Below the pieces are notes generated by a model. That model worked only from the letters and a program-made list of their open reading frames with translations. It was not told where the DNA came from and ran no database searches. A program made the position numbers and the translations under genes. DNA of 63,851 bases, counting the filler, from Guillardia theta CCMP2712 (taxonomy: Eukaryota > Protista > Cryptophyta): assembly GCF_000315625.1 (NCBI RefSeq). It is 5 parts of 5 records of this genome, joined end to end, with 100 filler letters (N's around TTAATTAATTAA, not from the genome) between each part and the next. Parts side by side here need not be neighbours in the genome. Positions count along the whole stretch, not along the records: positions 45,063 to 61,312 come from NW_005434634.1; positions 61,413 to 63,851 come from NW_005434532.1; 3 more parts are not named here. One strand, given 5' to 3'. Below are positions 45,527 through 61,563 of the stretch, piece by piece (the first letter of the stretch is position 1; every line of letters begins with the position of its first letter).

Positions 45527-46399
45527 TCACGAACTATACAGGCCTACTTTCATCCTTCTCTTCTCTGCTGGTGCTCGGGTGGCGGGTCCTCGTGGCTTCC
45601 ACTCCCACACGTGAATCTTCTCGCAGTGCCCGTCGCTCTCGCTGCTCTCCCGCGTGTAGAAGCGCATTCCCGTAGCAGCTCTGTGCAGCCCCTGGATCTC
45701 TGCCTCCATCCAGTACAGCTCGTAGACCGATCGAAGCCCCGGGTAGGAAGAGGACGTTTCTGTCTCCTCCCACGCCACAACTTCACCGTTGCGGAGGAAA
45801 TGGATCGCCGGGTTCGAGCCCACGATGCTACCCAACTCTTCGCTCACTCCCCGACCACACGCATGCAAGGGAGTCTCTCCAGGTCGGAACTTCTCCGCGA
45901 GCTGCTTGTTCCTCTCCTTCACCACTCCGTTGTCGAGGATCTGACTCGTCTCGAACAGCTCGTAGTCCCCGTCAAAAACTCTTACCTTCGCAACCTTCAC
46001 TCCCCTCGTCCCCTCTGGCCGGAGGAACGACTCCCCAGCTCGCAGCTCCTCGAGCAGCTCCCGCGCGCTCTTCGCTTTTCCATGCCCCCACTTGTTAAGA
46101 TCACATCCGGCCTCTTCCACGAGCCATCGCTCAAGAGCCTCTTCGGACGCAAGAGGACCCTGGAGGAGAGGAGGAGGGAACAGGAAAGGCAGCCCAAGAC
46201 CTCGAAAGCGGGTCACTGCAGTCGTGCCTTCCTTCACAGCTGTCTTGACGAGATCCAGCGTTGCATGCGCCAAGCAGGTCGTTTGTCGTGCCCCAGACCT
46301 TGGCCCTGACAACACGCTGGTAGCGCGGAAGCAGAGGCCGGGAGACAGGAGAACCGCGAAAACGAGAAGCGACAAGCCTGCACGCCGGAAACCCTTCAT
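45527..46399 (-). CDS. Nudix-fold protein, probably plastid-targeted (signal peptide + Phe + transit-like peptide)
   Basis: MKGFRRAGLSLLVFAVLLSPGLC-F leader, WGHGKAKS..LLEEL..GES, and a Nudix-like box AEKFRPGETPLHACGRGVSEELG. Confidence 0.7.
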   Translation of the reverse strand: MKGFRRAGLSLLVFAVLLSPGLCFRATSVLSGPRSGARQTTCLAHATLDLVKTAVKEGTTAVTRFRGLGLPFLFPPPLLQGPLASEEALERWLVEEAGCDLNKWGHGKAKSARELLEELRAGESFLRPEGTRGVKVAKVRVFDGDYELFETSQILDNGVVKERNKQLAEKFRPGETPLHACGRGVSEELGSIVGSNPAIHFLRNGEVVAWEETETSSSYPGLRSVYELYWMEAEIQGLHRAATGMRFYTRESSESDGHCEKIHVWEWKPRGPATRAPAEKRRMKVGLYSS

Positions 46400-47432
46400 C
46401 CTTCCCTCTTGTTCACCAGGACAGCCAGCTAATCCTTGCAATCAAAGCACCCGCACCTCCAAGAGCCTCTCCTTACACCCCTTGTCCTGTTGATCTTCTC
46501 AGTCCTTGGTTTTGATAAACAGTTGTTTTCTTGTAGCCTTGTTGTGTAGCAGTGCTGTAGCCTTGTCTCTCAGTGATGTGTAGCAGTGCTGGAGTCTTGT
46601 TGTGTCCTTTCCTTGTGTGCTTGCTGTCTTGACGTGCTTGTCTTGTCCTGTCCTCGTCTCTTGCACCTTCTTTCCGATTGTTCTCTTACAAGTCACCCTC
46701 GACTTTCAAGGACTCCCACCCTCATCACCCACCCCCTCCCATATCCCTACCCTCCCGATATCTCCACTACCCCATAGCAAGAGTTCCAAACCACCCCCTC
46801 GGTGAATGACCACCTTGTGCATCTACCAAAGTACCCCACCCAAACTCACTGCAACAGTGATCCTCTGCTGGATCCTCTGACCCCACCTGGTATCTTTGAT
46901 GCCCCTACCCCCTTAAAATGTTGATAACCCCCAATGTTGACCACCCTACCCTACCTCCCTCCCCTCTTCCTTGCTCGTGCGCATTGCAACAACCGCCAGA
47001 AACACGCTATAAATTAGTTTTATATATTAATATAATTTTAAAAGGCCACTATAAACAAATTAAACGAACAATACATGTTTTATCTTTGAAGGCTAAAACA
47101 TTCAGTACAATATAAAACCATTTTATGAAATAAAACGATATTAAAACGGTGGGTCGCAATACCAATGGAATCGACGCAATATGGGCATGTTCTCTTTAAC
47201 TACGCGTATCTGCCTCGTAAGTACGCACCACTGAGCGTGAGCCCGAGCCCCTGCCCGAGCCCGGGTATGAGCAGGGGGATGAGGGGGATGAGATGAGCAA
47301 GAGGGGGATGATGTAATATGAGAATGAGGGGGATGAAGTAGAGAGAGCACGTGAAGAATGAAGCGGAGGAGGGAGGAGGGGAAGCGAGGAGGTGGGGGAA
47401 GGGACAGCGAAGGAAGAGGAGGGGGAGGAGGC

Positions 47433-50291
47433 ATGGGCTTCAAGCGGAAGAGACCAAACACGCAAGAGAAAGAGAAGAAGGAGATCTCGACACAGAAGAA
47501 TTTAATGCAACCCATAGAGTATGTGGAGACGTCCCTTGACGAATACGGCTGGAAGCCTGTGCCCTTCGACTCCAAAACTTTCGGATCGTCTTGTAACCTC
47601 ATGGGAATTATGTCGATATCGAAGATCGAGGGCGACGAGGCAGAGAAACTCTTGCGGAAGTACGAGAAATCCAAGGAGAAGCTGACGAAGCTGCAAGATA
47701 AGGGCAAGAGCACCAACAAGAAAGCAGCTCCAACGCCGGGGGAGGACCCAGCGCGTCGAAAGGGGGGGCAGAAGAAGCAGGAAGTAGCTAATGAGGCGAG
47801 AGAGAGCAGTATTCTCAAGAAGAAGAAGAAGAAGAAGAAGAGGCAGCAGGCTGACGTAGCCGCTGGAGGTCCAGGTGAAGCCGTGGAGGGTCAAGGGGAG
47901 GAGGAGGAGGATCATGAGGGTAACGAGGAGGTTGATGTCAGCGAACAGACGCCGAAGATCGCAGATGAAGACTACGACGACCAATGGGAGTACGAGGAAT
48001 GGAACTGCGTCATGTTGCGCAAGTGCCTAGTGAAGGCGCTCAAGGAGCAGGGGTTCGAGCAGCCGACGGCGATCCAAGAGCTTGTCATCCCTGCTGCCAT
48101 GGCCAAGCGTCAGGACATCTTCGGTGCTGCAGAGACAGGCTCGGGCAAGACGCTTGCCTTCGCACTCCCCATGCTCCAGCGCATCCTCGACAGCCACAAC
48201 TTCTCGGGGATCGACGCGAAGGAGCGGAAGCTCGCCGGGCTTGTGCTGTCCCCCACGCGAGAGCTGGCGATTCAAGTGCGCGATCATATCGTAGCAGCGG
48301 CGAGATTCACCAAGATCAAGGTGGTGGCTGTTGTCGGCGGCCTCTCCATGCAGAAGCAGCAGCGCCAGCTCGCCATGCACCCGCACATAGTCGTCGGCAC
48401 TCCCGGGCGACTGTGGGAGCAGATGCGACTGGGGAACGAGTACCTGCGGGAGCTGAACATGCTGCTGTGCCTTGTGATCGATGAAGCAGACAGGATGATG
48501 GAGACAGGTCACTTCCAAGAGCTCGAGAACATCCTCAACCTGCTCCCTGACCTCGACCCGAAGGCGAAGCAGAAGAGGGAGTCCAACGAGGAGGAGGAGG
48601 AGGAGGAGATAACGTCATTCCAAGCGACTAAGGGGAGCAAACTGCATGCTCAGAGGCATTACAGGAGGCAGACGATGATCTTCTCTGCCACCCTCATCAA
48701 GGACATCCAGTGGAGAAGCACCAAGAAGGTCAAGCGCAAGGAGAAGCGGAAGCAACCAGAGACCTCAGCTGACGTCAGGCGGCAGTCCATCGAGCGCCTG
48801 ATTGACAGGCTGCAGCTGCCAGAGGAGCCAGTCATCTTCGACCTGACGCCGTCTGGGAAGGTGTCAGAGAAGATCGCGCAGTACCGTGTGGAGTGTCTGC
48901 CGCTGGAGAAGGAGGCGCGGGTGTATCACTTCCTGCTGAAGCACTTCGACAAGGGCGGGGCCGCGCCATCCTCTTCATCAACGCCATAGGAGAGGCGAGA
49001 AGGATCGCAAACCTCCTGAACCTCCTCCGCATCCGAGCTGTCCTCCTCCACTCGGGGCTGCAGCAGCGGCAGCGGCTCAAGAACCTGGAGACGTTCAAGC
49101 AGGACGCTTCCTCCGTCCTCATCGCCACAGACGTTGCTGCTCGTGGCCTCGACATCCCGCAAGTTTCTGTTGTCTTGCATTTCCACGTGCCCAAAGTTCC
49201 CTCGCTCTACATCCACCGATGCGGCCGCACGGCAAGAGGACGCGCGGAGGAAGGAATGAGCATCATGTACGTCACTCCACAAGAGCAGGTGTGCTCCGCT
49301 GCCTCATCCTCCTCCCTCCCCTCCCCTCCCCTCCCCTCCCCTCCCTCCCTCCCTCCCTCACTCACTTTCTCTCCCTCTTCCTTTCGCATGCTTGTCATTC
49401 TCTTCTACTTGCTGCTGTCGGTGCTGTCGGGCTCAAGCTTTATCTTTCAGGTTCACCTGCAGAAGATTGTTGACTCGACCGGTTTCGAGATTCCTCTGCG
49501 AGATGACGACGATGTTTACTTGACCTCCGCTCAGAAGCGCGTTCATGCTGCCAAGAAGCTCGAGGTGCCCGTGCAAGCTCCGCCTCGCCTCCTCCTCCTG
49601 ACCTTCTCTTCTTACCTGCTCCTTCTCCCTCCTCCTCTTCCCTGGTCTTCCCCCTTCCTCTGTTCCAGGCGGAGCTGAACAAGAGCGGGAGGGAATCGAG
49701 GGACAGCAGCTGGTTGCGGCAGCAAGCGCAGGCGATGGAAATCGACATGGAGGAGTCGGACGGGGAGGACGAGGAGGTTGACGCGTCATCATCTTCTTTG
49801 CTGCTCCTGCTCCACCACCATCCTCCTACTCCACCTCCACCCTCCTGCTCCTCGTCTCACTTGTTTCCGCCCTGTCCTCCTCTCCCCCCCCCCCTTCTCT
49901 GATTATCTCCGTGCCCAGGTGATGATACAGAAGAGAAGCGCGACGCAAAAGATCCGGCAGCTTCAGGAGCAGCTCGATCGCTTGCTGGATGCTCACGTCC
50001 TACCCAAGGGCATTTCCCCTCGGTCTGACCTCACTCCTCCTCCCACTATCCTAGTTTGTTGCCTTCTCCTCATGCCTTCTGCCTCCTCCTCCTGCTGCTC
50101 CTCCTGCCCCTTCCTTTGCTCCTGGTCTTACCGCCATTGTCTCCGCCCTCCTTCTGATGTCTCGCAGCTTCATCGCAGGGTCGCAAGCGGCTCACGCTGG
50201 ACTGCCAGAGATGCTGACGCACGGGGCGAGGATGGGGAGCATCAAGTACGCGGACGGCAAGCGAGTGCACAGGAAGAAGAGGAGGAGATGA
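47433..50291 (+). CDS. DDX24: DEAD-box RNA helicase, DDX24/Mak5-like
   Basis: Q motif GFEQPTAIQ, AAETGSGKTLAF, PTRELA, VGGLSMQKQQRQL, TPGRLWE, DEADRM..GHF.EL, FSATL, ATDVAARGLDIP, YIHRCGRTAR. There is a 1-nt frameshift in a G run at about 48957 and several 3' introns (e.g. 49289-49450). Confidence 0.88.
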
Positions 50292-50343
50292 GGAGGAGAA
50301 TGAACCCGCTAGCTCTGGCTGTATCCCTCAGATCTTGACAACT

Positions 50344-53990
<3,647 letters not shown>

Positions 53991-54236
53991 ATGCGGAGTG
54001 CGGGAAATTTGATTGCGAGGGAGGAAGGGAGGGAGAGATAGAGGGAGAGGACGGACGGACGGACGGAGAGGGAGGGAGGGAGAGGGAGGGGACGGACGGA
54101 CGGACGGACGGACGGAGAGGGACGGAGGGAGGGAGAGGGAGGGAGGGACGGCAGGAGGGGGAGGGAGGGAGGGAAGGAGGGAGGGAGAGATCTGATCGTC
54201 TATGACTTCAAACTGATCAAGGATCATGGTCTTCAG

Positions 54237-56649
54237 ATGTCCTCCCACGTTTTCAGTGTGACAGTTGCGGAGATGGATGGTGTTCTACGTAAAGATTTCT
54301 CCATCATCCAAGGTTCCGCTCCTGATCCTTCATGCAGTTGACGTGGATGGCGACAAGAAAGTTGGAGGGATGCTGCCTTCTGCTGAGCGAAAGCTCTTGG
54401 AGTATCATCAGGCCAAGGGCGCGGTCTACCCTCTGATTCAGGTTCCCTCCTCGCCACATGTCAACACCAAGGACGGAACGAGATCAGATCCGCTCTTCGA
54501 AGCAGCTTTCCCAGTTGCTCTAATGGGGGCAATCGTCATCACGTGCTACGAATCGAGGTGAGTCGGATTAACTTGCCGTGGGACTCTGACGTCGCAAGAA
54601 GCACAACTGCCATACTTCACGGAATCATCTCTGGACTTATCTTCTTCACTGCTGTTGTTTGCTTCGGCTTGCAACAAGGATCGCGAATTAATTTCAAGTT
54701 TTTTTGATTGTTTTAGAATGAGTTGTATCTGAGTGTTCCTGTAGTCAACTCAAACTTTACTGGAATCAATATTTCAGACTCCTCAGCATGTTTGGACTCC
54801 ATGTTGAAAAAGGTGAATCGTCTGCTTCTCAGCGGTTGTTGATTTGAAATCGATAGATCCCAAAGTGGAGAAGGGGAAGACGATCGATGCTTTGAGCTGG
54901 CATCCTTATCTGAACAGGTGGTGCTCACAGCTCAAGTCAGGATGGCTGATGCGTCTCTTGTTTAGGTTTGCTGTGGCTTTGAAGGACGGACACGCGAACT
55001 ATATCGCCTTCTATGACATGGACACAGAAGTACTTGTGAATGAGTTTCTCCGAGAGCCCTCTAATCTCTTGACAGTCTTGGCTCCCTACTGTCCTTCGTC
55101 ATCAGTTCTTACGGGGGTTGTTCTTCGCTTGCCCGTAATGACCTGACGCTCTTTTGCAAGGGTAACATGTCTCAAGTTTCAGCCATTTGCTGGATGCACC
55201 CTCGCTGTTGGTTGCAGAGAGGTCAGGAATCATCCAACTCACTTCCAAGCTGACGATGATTGTCGTGGCTCTGGTCCACACAGGGGATTTGCATGTGGAA
55301 GTTGGAACCAACAGTGGACCCCGTCAACGCTTTGCCCCAAGCATCCAGTGTGAACGTGGCTGAAAGAAGGTAAGCTCTGACTTCTACCTTGTGGCAAACT
55401 CAAAGCAAGGCAGCGCTGATTCTGCGTGGATGAGTTTCCTGAGGTTGTCGGGGTTCCGACTGGTCACTTCGATCTCGTGGAGCCCGTGCGGAAGGTGAGG
55501 CCACATTGCAGTAGTGCTCCTGCGAGTCCCTTGAGTGCCATGACATGCTTTCTTCAGATACCTCGCGGCAGGTTACGAGTCGCGAGACAAGGCGGTGGTG
55601 TGGGATGCTGTTTCAGGCTTGAGCTCGCAGTTGGAGTCCTTCACTCCTCTCTCAGTCCTGGGGACATACGGGTGACTCTCATTGTCACGCCCCTGAGCTC
55701 TTGCTCATCGTCTTGCAGGGGAGGAGTACGAGAAGTCTGCTGGTCACCTGACGGGAATCTGTTGCTAGTGGCGCTCAGGACCCAACTGTTTGCCCTCTAC
55801 GAAACGCGCTCGTGGTCTTGGCATCGTCACAGGACGAGCGGGTCGTTGGTGGCGGCATGCTTCAGCCCCAACAGCCGATACCTTCTTGTGGCATCCAACA
55901 GCGACGGTGAGGGCAAGGTGTGGAGCTGCATTATTTCAGGCAAAGACGGGAACAGCATCTCGAAGTTCCAACAGGCTAGCAGACCCCAGCGCACGTGTGC
56001 GAGTCTGACGCTAGCATGCAGATCGAAGTGTTCAACAAGGAACAAGGAATGGTTCCCACATCTATTCTGTCCATGTCTTGGAATCGAAGTGGAGAAAGGC
56101 TGGCGATTACCTTGGCAGGGACAAGAGACAACCCTGAGCAGAAGCATCATCTCGGTCTCTACCTGACTGAATGCGATGGGCGCTCGAACCACGTCCGTCT
56201 GGTCATTCAGTCTCATGGCCTTGCTCGCGCTCTCTTGACCTTCTTCCTAAGGTTTTCCGCGGATTCATCAAGGGCCCGCCGGAGCTTCAACGCCATGAGC
56301 CTTCGGACGAGCCAGGGAAACTGGATGATCCGCTGCCGACGCTGACTGTGATGGCACTTTGCTCTTCTTAGCTCGGCTGACACGTTGCCAGGAATTTCGC
56401 CCATCGTTTCGAAGCTCCATGGATCATCAGAACCAGCCTCGAAGCGAAGGAGCCTTGCTTACTGTGGTGAGAGCGAAAGAGGGGGGGGGGGGGGGATGGA
56501 GGTGACGGGGAGCGCAGGGATGGAGCAACGGCAGGATCTCATCTTACCCGTAAGCCTCAGCATGCGAGGACAGTCAGGTTGACCATGCGCGCAGGCTCTA
56601 CTTCCCTTCGCTCATCGGCCATCTCAACGCTCCTATTGATCCTCCATGA
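54237..56649 (+). CDS. AAAS: Aladin-like WD40 nucleoporin (many short introns)
   Basis: Exons in order: SVTVAEMDG, YPLI, LSWHP..RFAVALKD, TLAVGC, GGVREVCWSPDG...YETRSW, MSWNRSGERLAI, RGFIKGP, WSNGRISSYPLYF (last intron 56550-56594). Confidence 0.75.
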
Positions 56650-56921
56650 AATTTCTGCCTCCAGCACAAAATATATTCTTTATTTTGAAAAAACAAGAAA
56701 GAATTTTGAACCTTGTTTATCTGTTGGAAGACTGCCCAGTGCTGAGGGCTGCAATGGGGGGTGGGGTAGGGATCACGAGGTGGGTAATATGAAGAGGTGG
56801 GGGTGGCGAATCAATAACAGGTGGGGTAGTTCTCGGTGCCTTGATACGTAGGGTGTGTGTGCTAGAGGGTAGGGTACCAAAAGGGGGGTCTCAATCAGGG
56901 GGGTGGTTCAGCGGTGCTGCA

Positions 56922-57390
56922 ATGCTGGGCTTGGGGCGGGAGGCATGGCGGCGGGGCCGGACGTGGATGACCGGAATGAGCAGAAATGTGGCAGGAGAGA
57001 TGAGCCGCATGGGTGCGATGGCAAGTGCGGGCTGGAAGCGAGACATGGTTCGTCTGCGACTTCAGCGCTTCGGCAAGAAAAACTGGCCATTCTACCGCCT
57101 GGTGGCAGCCGATGCTCGCTCTCCGAGAGATGGCAAATGCCTCGAGTACCTGGGAACTTACAACCCCCTGCCGACCAAGCATGGGGAGAAGTTTGTCACG
57201 TTGAACTACGATGTAGGCTGCCTTCTTGTTGCTCTTCTTTCTCTGACCTGTTCCCTACCAGAGGATCAAGTACTGGCTGGTGGTTGGTGCACAACCTACC
57301 GACCGAGTAGCGAAGTTGCTCGGAGGTGCAAACATTTTGCCTTTCAAACCCGAATACAGATTCAAGGAACCCAAGGAGAAGAAGGAGTAG
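56922..57390 (+). CDS. rps16: Organellar (likely mitochondrial) ribosomal protein bS16
   Basis: Arg-rich presequence, then [39 protein letters not shown]. Intron 57213-57261 is followed by [20 protein letters not shown]. Confidence 0.93.
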
Positions 57391-57556
57391 CTTTCTTTCT
57401 CCACGACCAGCCTGCACATGGATGGGGCCAGTAAACTGGATAAGAGTGTTTGTTTGGCTTGTTCACACAGTTTACACTTAAACACTTAACACAGTTAACA
57501 TTTGGGCTTCAATTGCAATCTGAAAGTTGTGGGTAGTCACAGGCGGTACTTTTCGC

Positions 57557-60449
57557 TCAGTCTCTGAATCCGCGGGGGAGCTTCTTCAGTGTGCGAAGTC
57601 CTTGCGACAAGCTCATGTCGAACGCTGGCATGAGAGCCAAGTCAAGAGCGACATCTCGCTCATGCTGCCTGTTGGCTTCCGTCTCAAGCATGGAGGAGCC
57701 TGGTAGATGCTCCGCCTCCCCTGCATCCTCGTCGCGGCTTCGTCGCCCCTGAAGCTGCAGAGGCCCACGAGCTTCAGGCTCGCGAAGGTCGTCCGGTATG
57801 GTCGTGTTGAGGAAGAGGAAGGCTGTCGGGCTCAAGCGAAGGCTCTTCTCCCATGGCGGCGGGTGCACCTTTCCTCCTCCAGCGATGGGGAGCAGGCGTG
57901 TTGGTCTGCGAGGAAGTGCTTGAAGGTTCGAGAGCGACCTGGGGATGTGCTCTTGCTGGCTCAGAATGTCGCGAGACAGCGACCAACCAACTTCATGCAG
58001 GATCCACAGCTGGTTGGAGTTGTCGATGTATCTGTCCTGCTCCACTAGCGGCGTGTCTCTCCCATGCTTCCCCACGACTGTAGAGTTCAAGTCAGGCTCG
58101 CTGTAAGCAAGAATTCCGTTCCTCGCAGCCGACTGTTCCTCGTCGCCCTCATCAAGCCTCTCAAACTCGTCTAACAGCCAAGGACGTCCGACGCTCCCTG
58201 TAGTCCCTGCTGAGTGTCCAATCGCTATGACCCTCTCGCTGTCTGAGGACGAGCAGCGGTCGAACTCGTCCGCCTCCCCTTCGGGTTCATCCTCGCCATC
58301 GAGTGGCAGCACCTTGACGAAGGGCTGAGGCTGGACCTGCCTCCTCTTGTACAAGCGCAGGACACGAAAGCCCGTGCAGATCAAGAGCAGGCCGAGTGGC
58401 AACGAGACGAGGGAGACGAGGACTGAGGGGTTTGCGATCCCCTGGATCACCCCTGCTCCCGACTTGACCGTCAGAGCGAAGCTCTTGGGCAGACCATTCT
58501 TGACAAGCTCGCGATCGAGTGCGTCCTGACTGACCGTCTGAGCCAGCGAGTCTCGTTGAGCGCTGCTGGTCAAGATCGCAGTCTCAACTTCCACGCCCAC
58601 AGCCAGCAAGGATCTTCCTCCTCGTCCTCCTCGCCGTAACGAAATCTCTGTGACACTCACGACTGTCACGAGCGAGATATCTACGTTGGCCATGCTGGCG
58701 ACACTGGCAAGGTACTGGGACTGCTGCCTCTGAAACTCACCGATCGACATCGGAAGAATGGCAACGAACACAAATTGAACCTGAGGCACTGGAGTAGTTT
58801 CCAATATCATCGTAGTCGACTTGTCCACACCTACAAGAGCGGCCGAAGTACTGGACGCACGAAACGAAGATGAAAGAAACGGCTCGGGCGTGCTGACTAT
58901 CAGGCTCGTACTCCCTGCCTCCTCCCCGCCTGCTGCCGAGCTGGTGCTCCCTGCCTCCTCCCCGCCTGCTGCCGAGCTTGTACTTCCAGTCTGACCTTGT
59001 TCAGCTTGCGACGGCTCGGGCGTGCTGACTATCAGGCTCGTACTCCCTGCCTCCTCCCCGCCTGCTGCCGAGCTTGTGCCCCCTGCCTCCTCCCCGCCTG
59101 CTGCCGAGCTTGTGCTCCCTGCCTCCTCCCCGCCTGCTGCCGAGCTTGTGCTCCCTGCCTCCTCCCCGCCTGCTGCCGAGCTTGTACTTCCAGTCTGACC
59201 TTGTTGAGCTTGCGACGGCTCGGGCGTGCTGACTATCAGGCTCGTACTCCCTGCCTCCTCCCCGCCTGCTGCCGAGCTTGTGCTCCCTGCCTCCTCCCCG
59301 CCTGCTGCCGAGCTTGTACTTCCAGTCTGACCTTGTTCAGCTTGCGACGGCTCGGGCGTGCTGACTATCAGGCTCGTACTCCCTGCCTCCTCCCCGCCTG
59401 CTGCCGAGCTTGTGCTCCCTGCCTCCTCCCCGCCTGCTGCCAAGCTTGTACTTCCAGTCTGACCTTGTTCAGCTTGCGACGGCTCGGGCGTGCTGACTAT
59501 CAGGCTCGTACTCCCTGCCTCCTCCCCGCCTACTGCCGAGCTTGTGCCCCCTGCCTCCTCCCCGCCTGCTGCCGAGCTGGTGCCCCCTGCCTCCTCCCCG
59601 CCTGCTGCCGAGCTTGTACTGTTCGCTACCCGCGGAGTCCCTTGACGAGGTAGGAGCAGGCGTGCTGACCAGGACGTTTGTTGTCCGATCCACCTCTCCG
59701 CCTGCCCCCGTCGTCGTCCTGCCCTCCCCTCCGCCTGCCCTTGTCGTCGTCCCTGCCTCCTCTTCGCCTGCCCCCGTCGTCGTCCCGGCCTCTTCTCTGC
59801 TCGTGCTTACTGCTTCCCCTGCCCGTGTCGATGTTGGCTCCCCCTGCTCTGCCGTGCTGCTGCTGCTGCTTATCGGGCCTCCTACCTCCCCTACTGCGCT
59901 GCTCGAGCCCTCGGGCTCTGCTGCTCCTGGTGACGGCGTGGACGACTGCATGCCTTCTCCAGTCGTGTCCGCTTGTTCGCTACCCGCGGAGTCCCCTGAC
60001 GAGGTAGGAGCAGGCGTGCTGACCAGGACGTTTGTTGTCCGATCCTCCTCTATCTCGTTTGCACTGGTGTTTTGGAGCTGAGCTGTTTTGATGTTTTGGA
60101 TTGTTTGAGGGTTTGTTGTCGCTTCGTCCTCAAAGATGGTTTTGCTGCTGCTACTGCTTTCGATAGTTTTGAGCTTCCTTGTGTTGTGATGGCAGATTGT
60201 ATTTTGTTTATCTGTGATATTCTGGTATTGCAATTCTTGGGTCTGATTGCTATTGCGCTTTAGTTTGTGAATTTCAGGATGATCGGATGTCAGGATTGAT
60301 GCGATTGACACGCAAAGCTGACATAAGAAAATGCAGAACAAATGTATCTTCCTTCTCGATATCATGACCATTGCTTTATGCGATTCCGTGTCGAATTTTG
60401 AACTGAGGCAAGATAGCAGGATGGGATATCCTTCATAATCAGAGGACAA
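57557..60449 (-). CDS. Mucin-like single-pass membrane protein with STSSAAGGEEAG repeats; one frameshift near 59620
   Basis: Hydrophobic N-terminal segment, Ser/Thr/Ala/Gly/Glu tandem repeats (58880-59620), RRxxRSLL motif, and TM helix VLVSLVSLPLGLLLICTGF. Confidence 0.7.
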
Positions 60450-60962
60450 GTTGTATCTCGCACTCAGCTTTGAATCAGTAGGTTAGGATCATTTCCGGCC
60501 TAACACAGCAAGAGGTGGAGCAATGGTTTCGCGCTGCCGACGATCCTGTCTTGAGCTCCGCAGGTTCCTCTCGCTCTCCTCCCCTCCCTCACTTCCTTGC
60601 TCGACCCCACCACGCGCATCCCCGCTTCTAACCGCAAACCCAATGGGTCACCCATCACCCCACGAACTCCTCAGAAAAGGAGGGGTATCTTCACGTCATT
60701 GATTTGACGTTTTTTTTAAAGTTTGTTGACAAGCCGGCAACTCCCGGGCCCGGGCCCGGGCCCGGAGACTGAGAGACTGAGAGACCCAAGGTCACCTATT
60801 TCTGGATTTGAGGGGGATGAGGAGGTGCAACAGGGGTAATACAATGGAAAAGAGGGGGTAGGGGTCATATTGGACTTTTTTTTTGCTTTTCTATTTTGGG
60901 AGCACGTAGAGTTCGGAAGCTGATCTTCGCCATGGTGAGGCAGAGGAAAAGAGGACGTAGAA

Positions 60963-61312
60963 TGGATGAACAAGATGCTGACTTGCTTGTTGTCTCCCTC
61001 TATTGGGTGAACAAGATGCTGACTTGCTTGTTGTCTCCCTCTCTTGGATGAACAAGATGCTGACTTGCTTGTTGTCTCCCTCTATTGGATGAACAAGATG
61101 CTTCCTTGCTTGTTGTCTCCCTCTCTTGGATGAACAAGATGCTGACTTGCTTGTTGTCTCCCTCTCTTGGATGAACAAGATGCTGACTTGCTTGTTGTCT
61201 CCCTCTATTGGATGAACAAGATGCTGACTTGCTTGTTGTCTCCCTCTCTGGATGAACAAGATGCTGACTTGCTTGTGTCTCCCTCTATGGATGACAGATG
61301 CTGACTTGCTTG
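60963..61312. repeat. 41-bp minisatellite (TGGATGAACAAGATGCTGACTTGCTTGTTGTCTCCCTCTAT), about 8.5 copies, running into a gap
   Basis: Read directly. Confidence 0.92.
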
Positions 61313-61563
61313 NNNNNNNNNNNNNNNNNNNNNNNNNNNNNNNNNNNNNNNNNNNNTTAATTAATTAANNNNNNNNNNNNNNNNNNNNNNNNNNNNNNNN
61401 NNNNNNNNNNNNAGGAGGAGGGGGGGGGGATGAAGGGGGGTGAGGGGGGGAGGAGAAGCGGGAGGAGCGGGAGAGAGGAGGAGGAGGAGGAGGAGCTGGA
61501 GAGAGGGGGGCAACGAGAGGAGGGAGCGGGAGCGGGAGAGAGGAGGAGGACGTAGCGGGGTAG

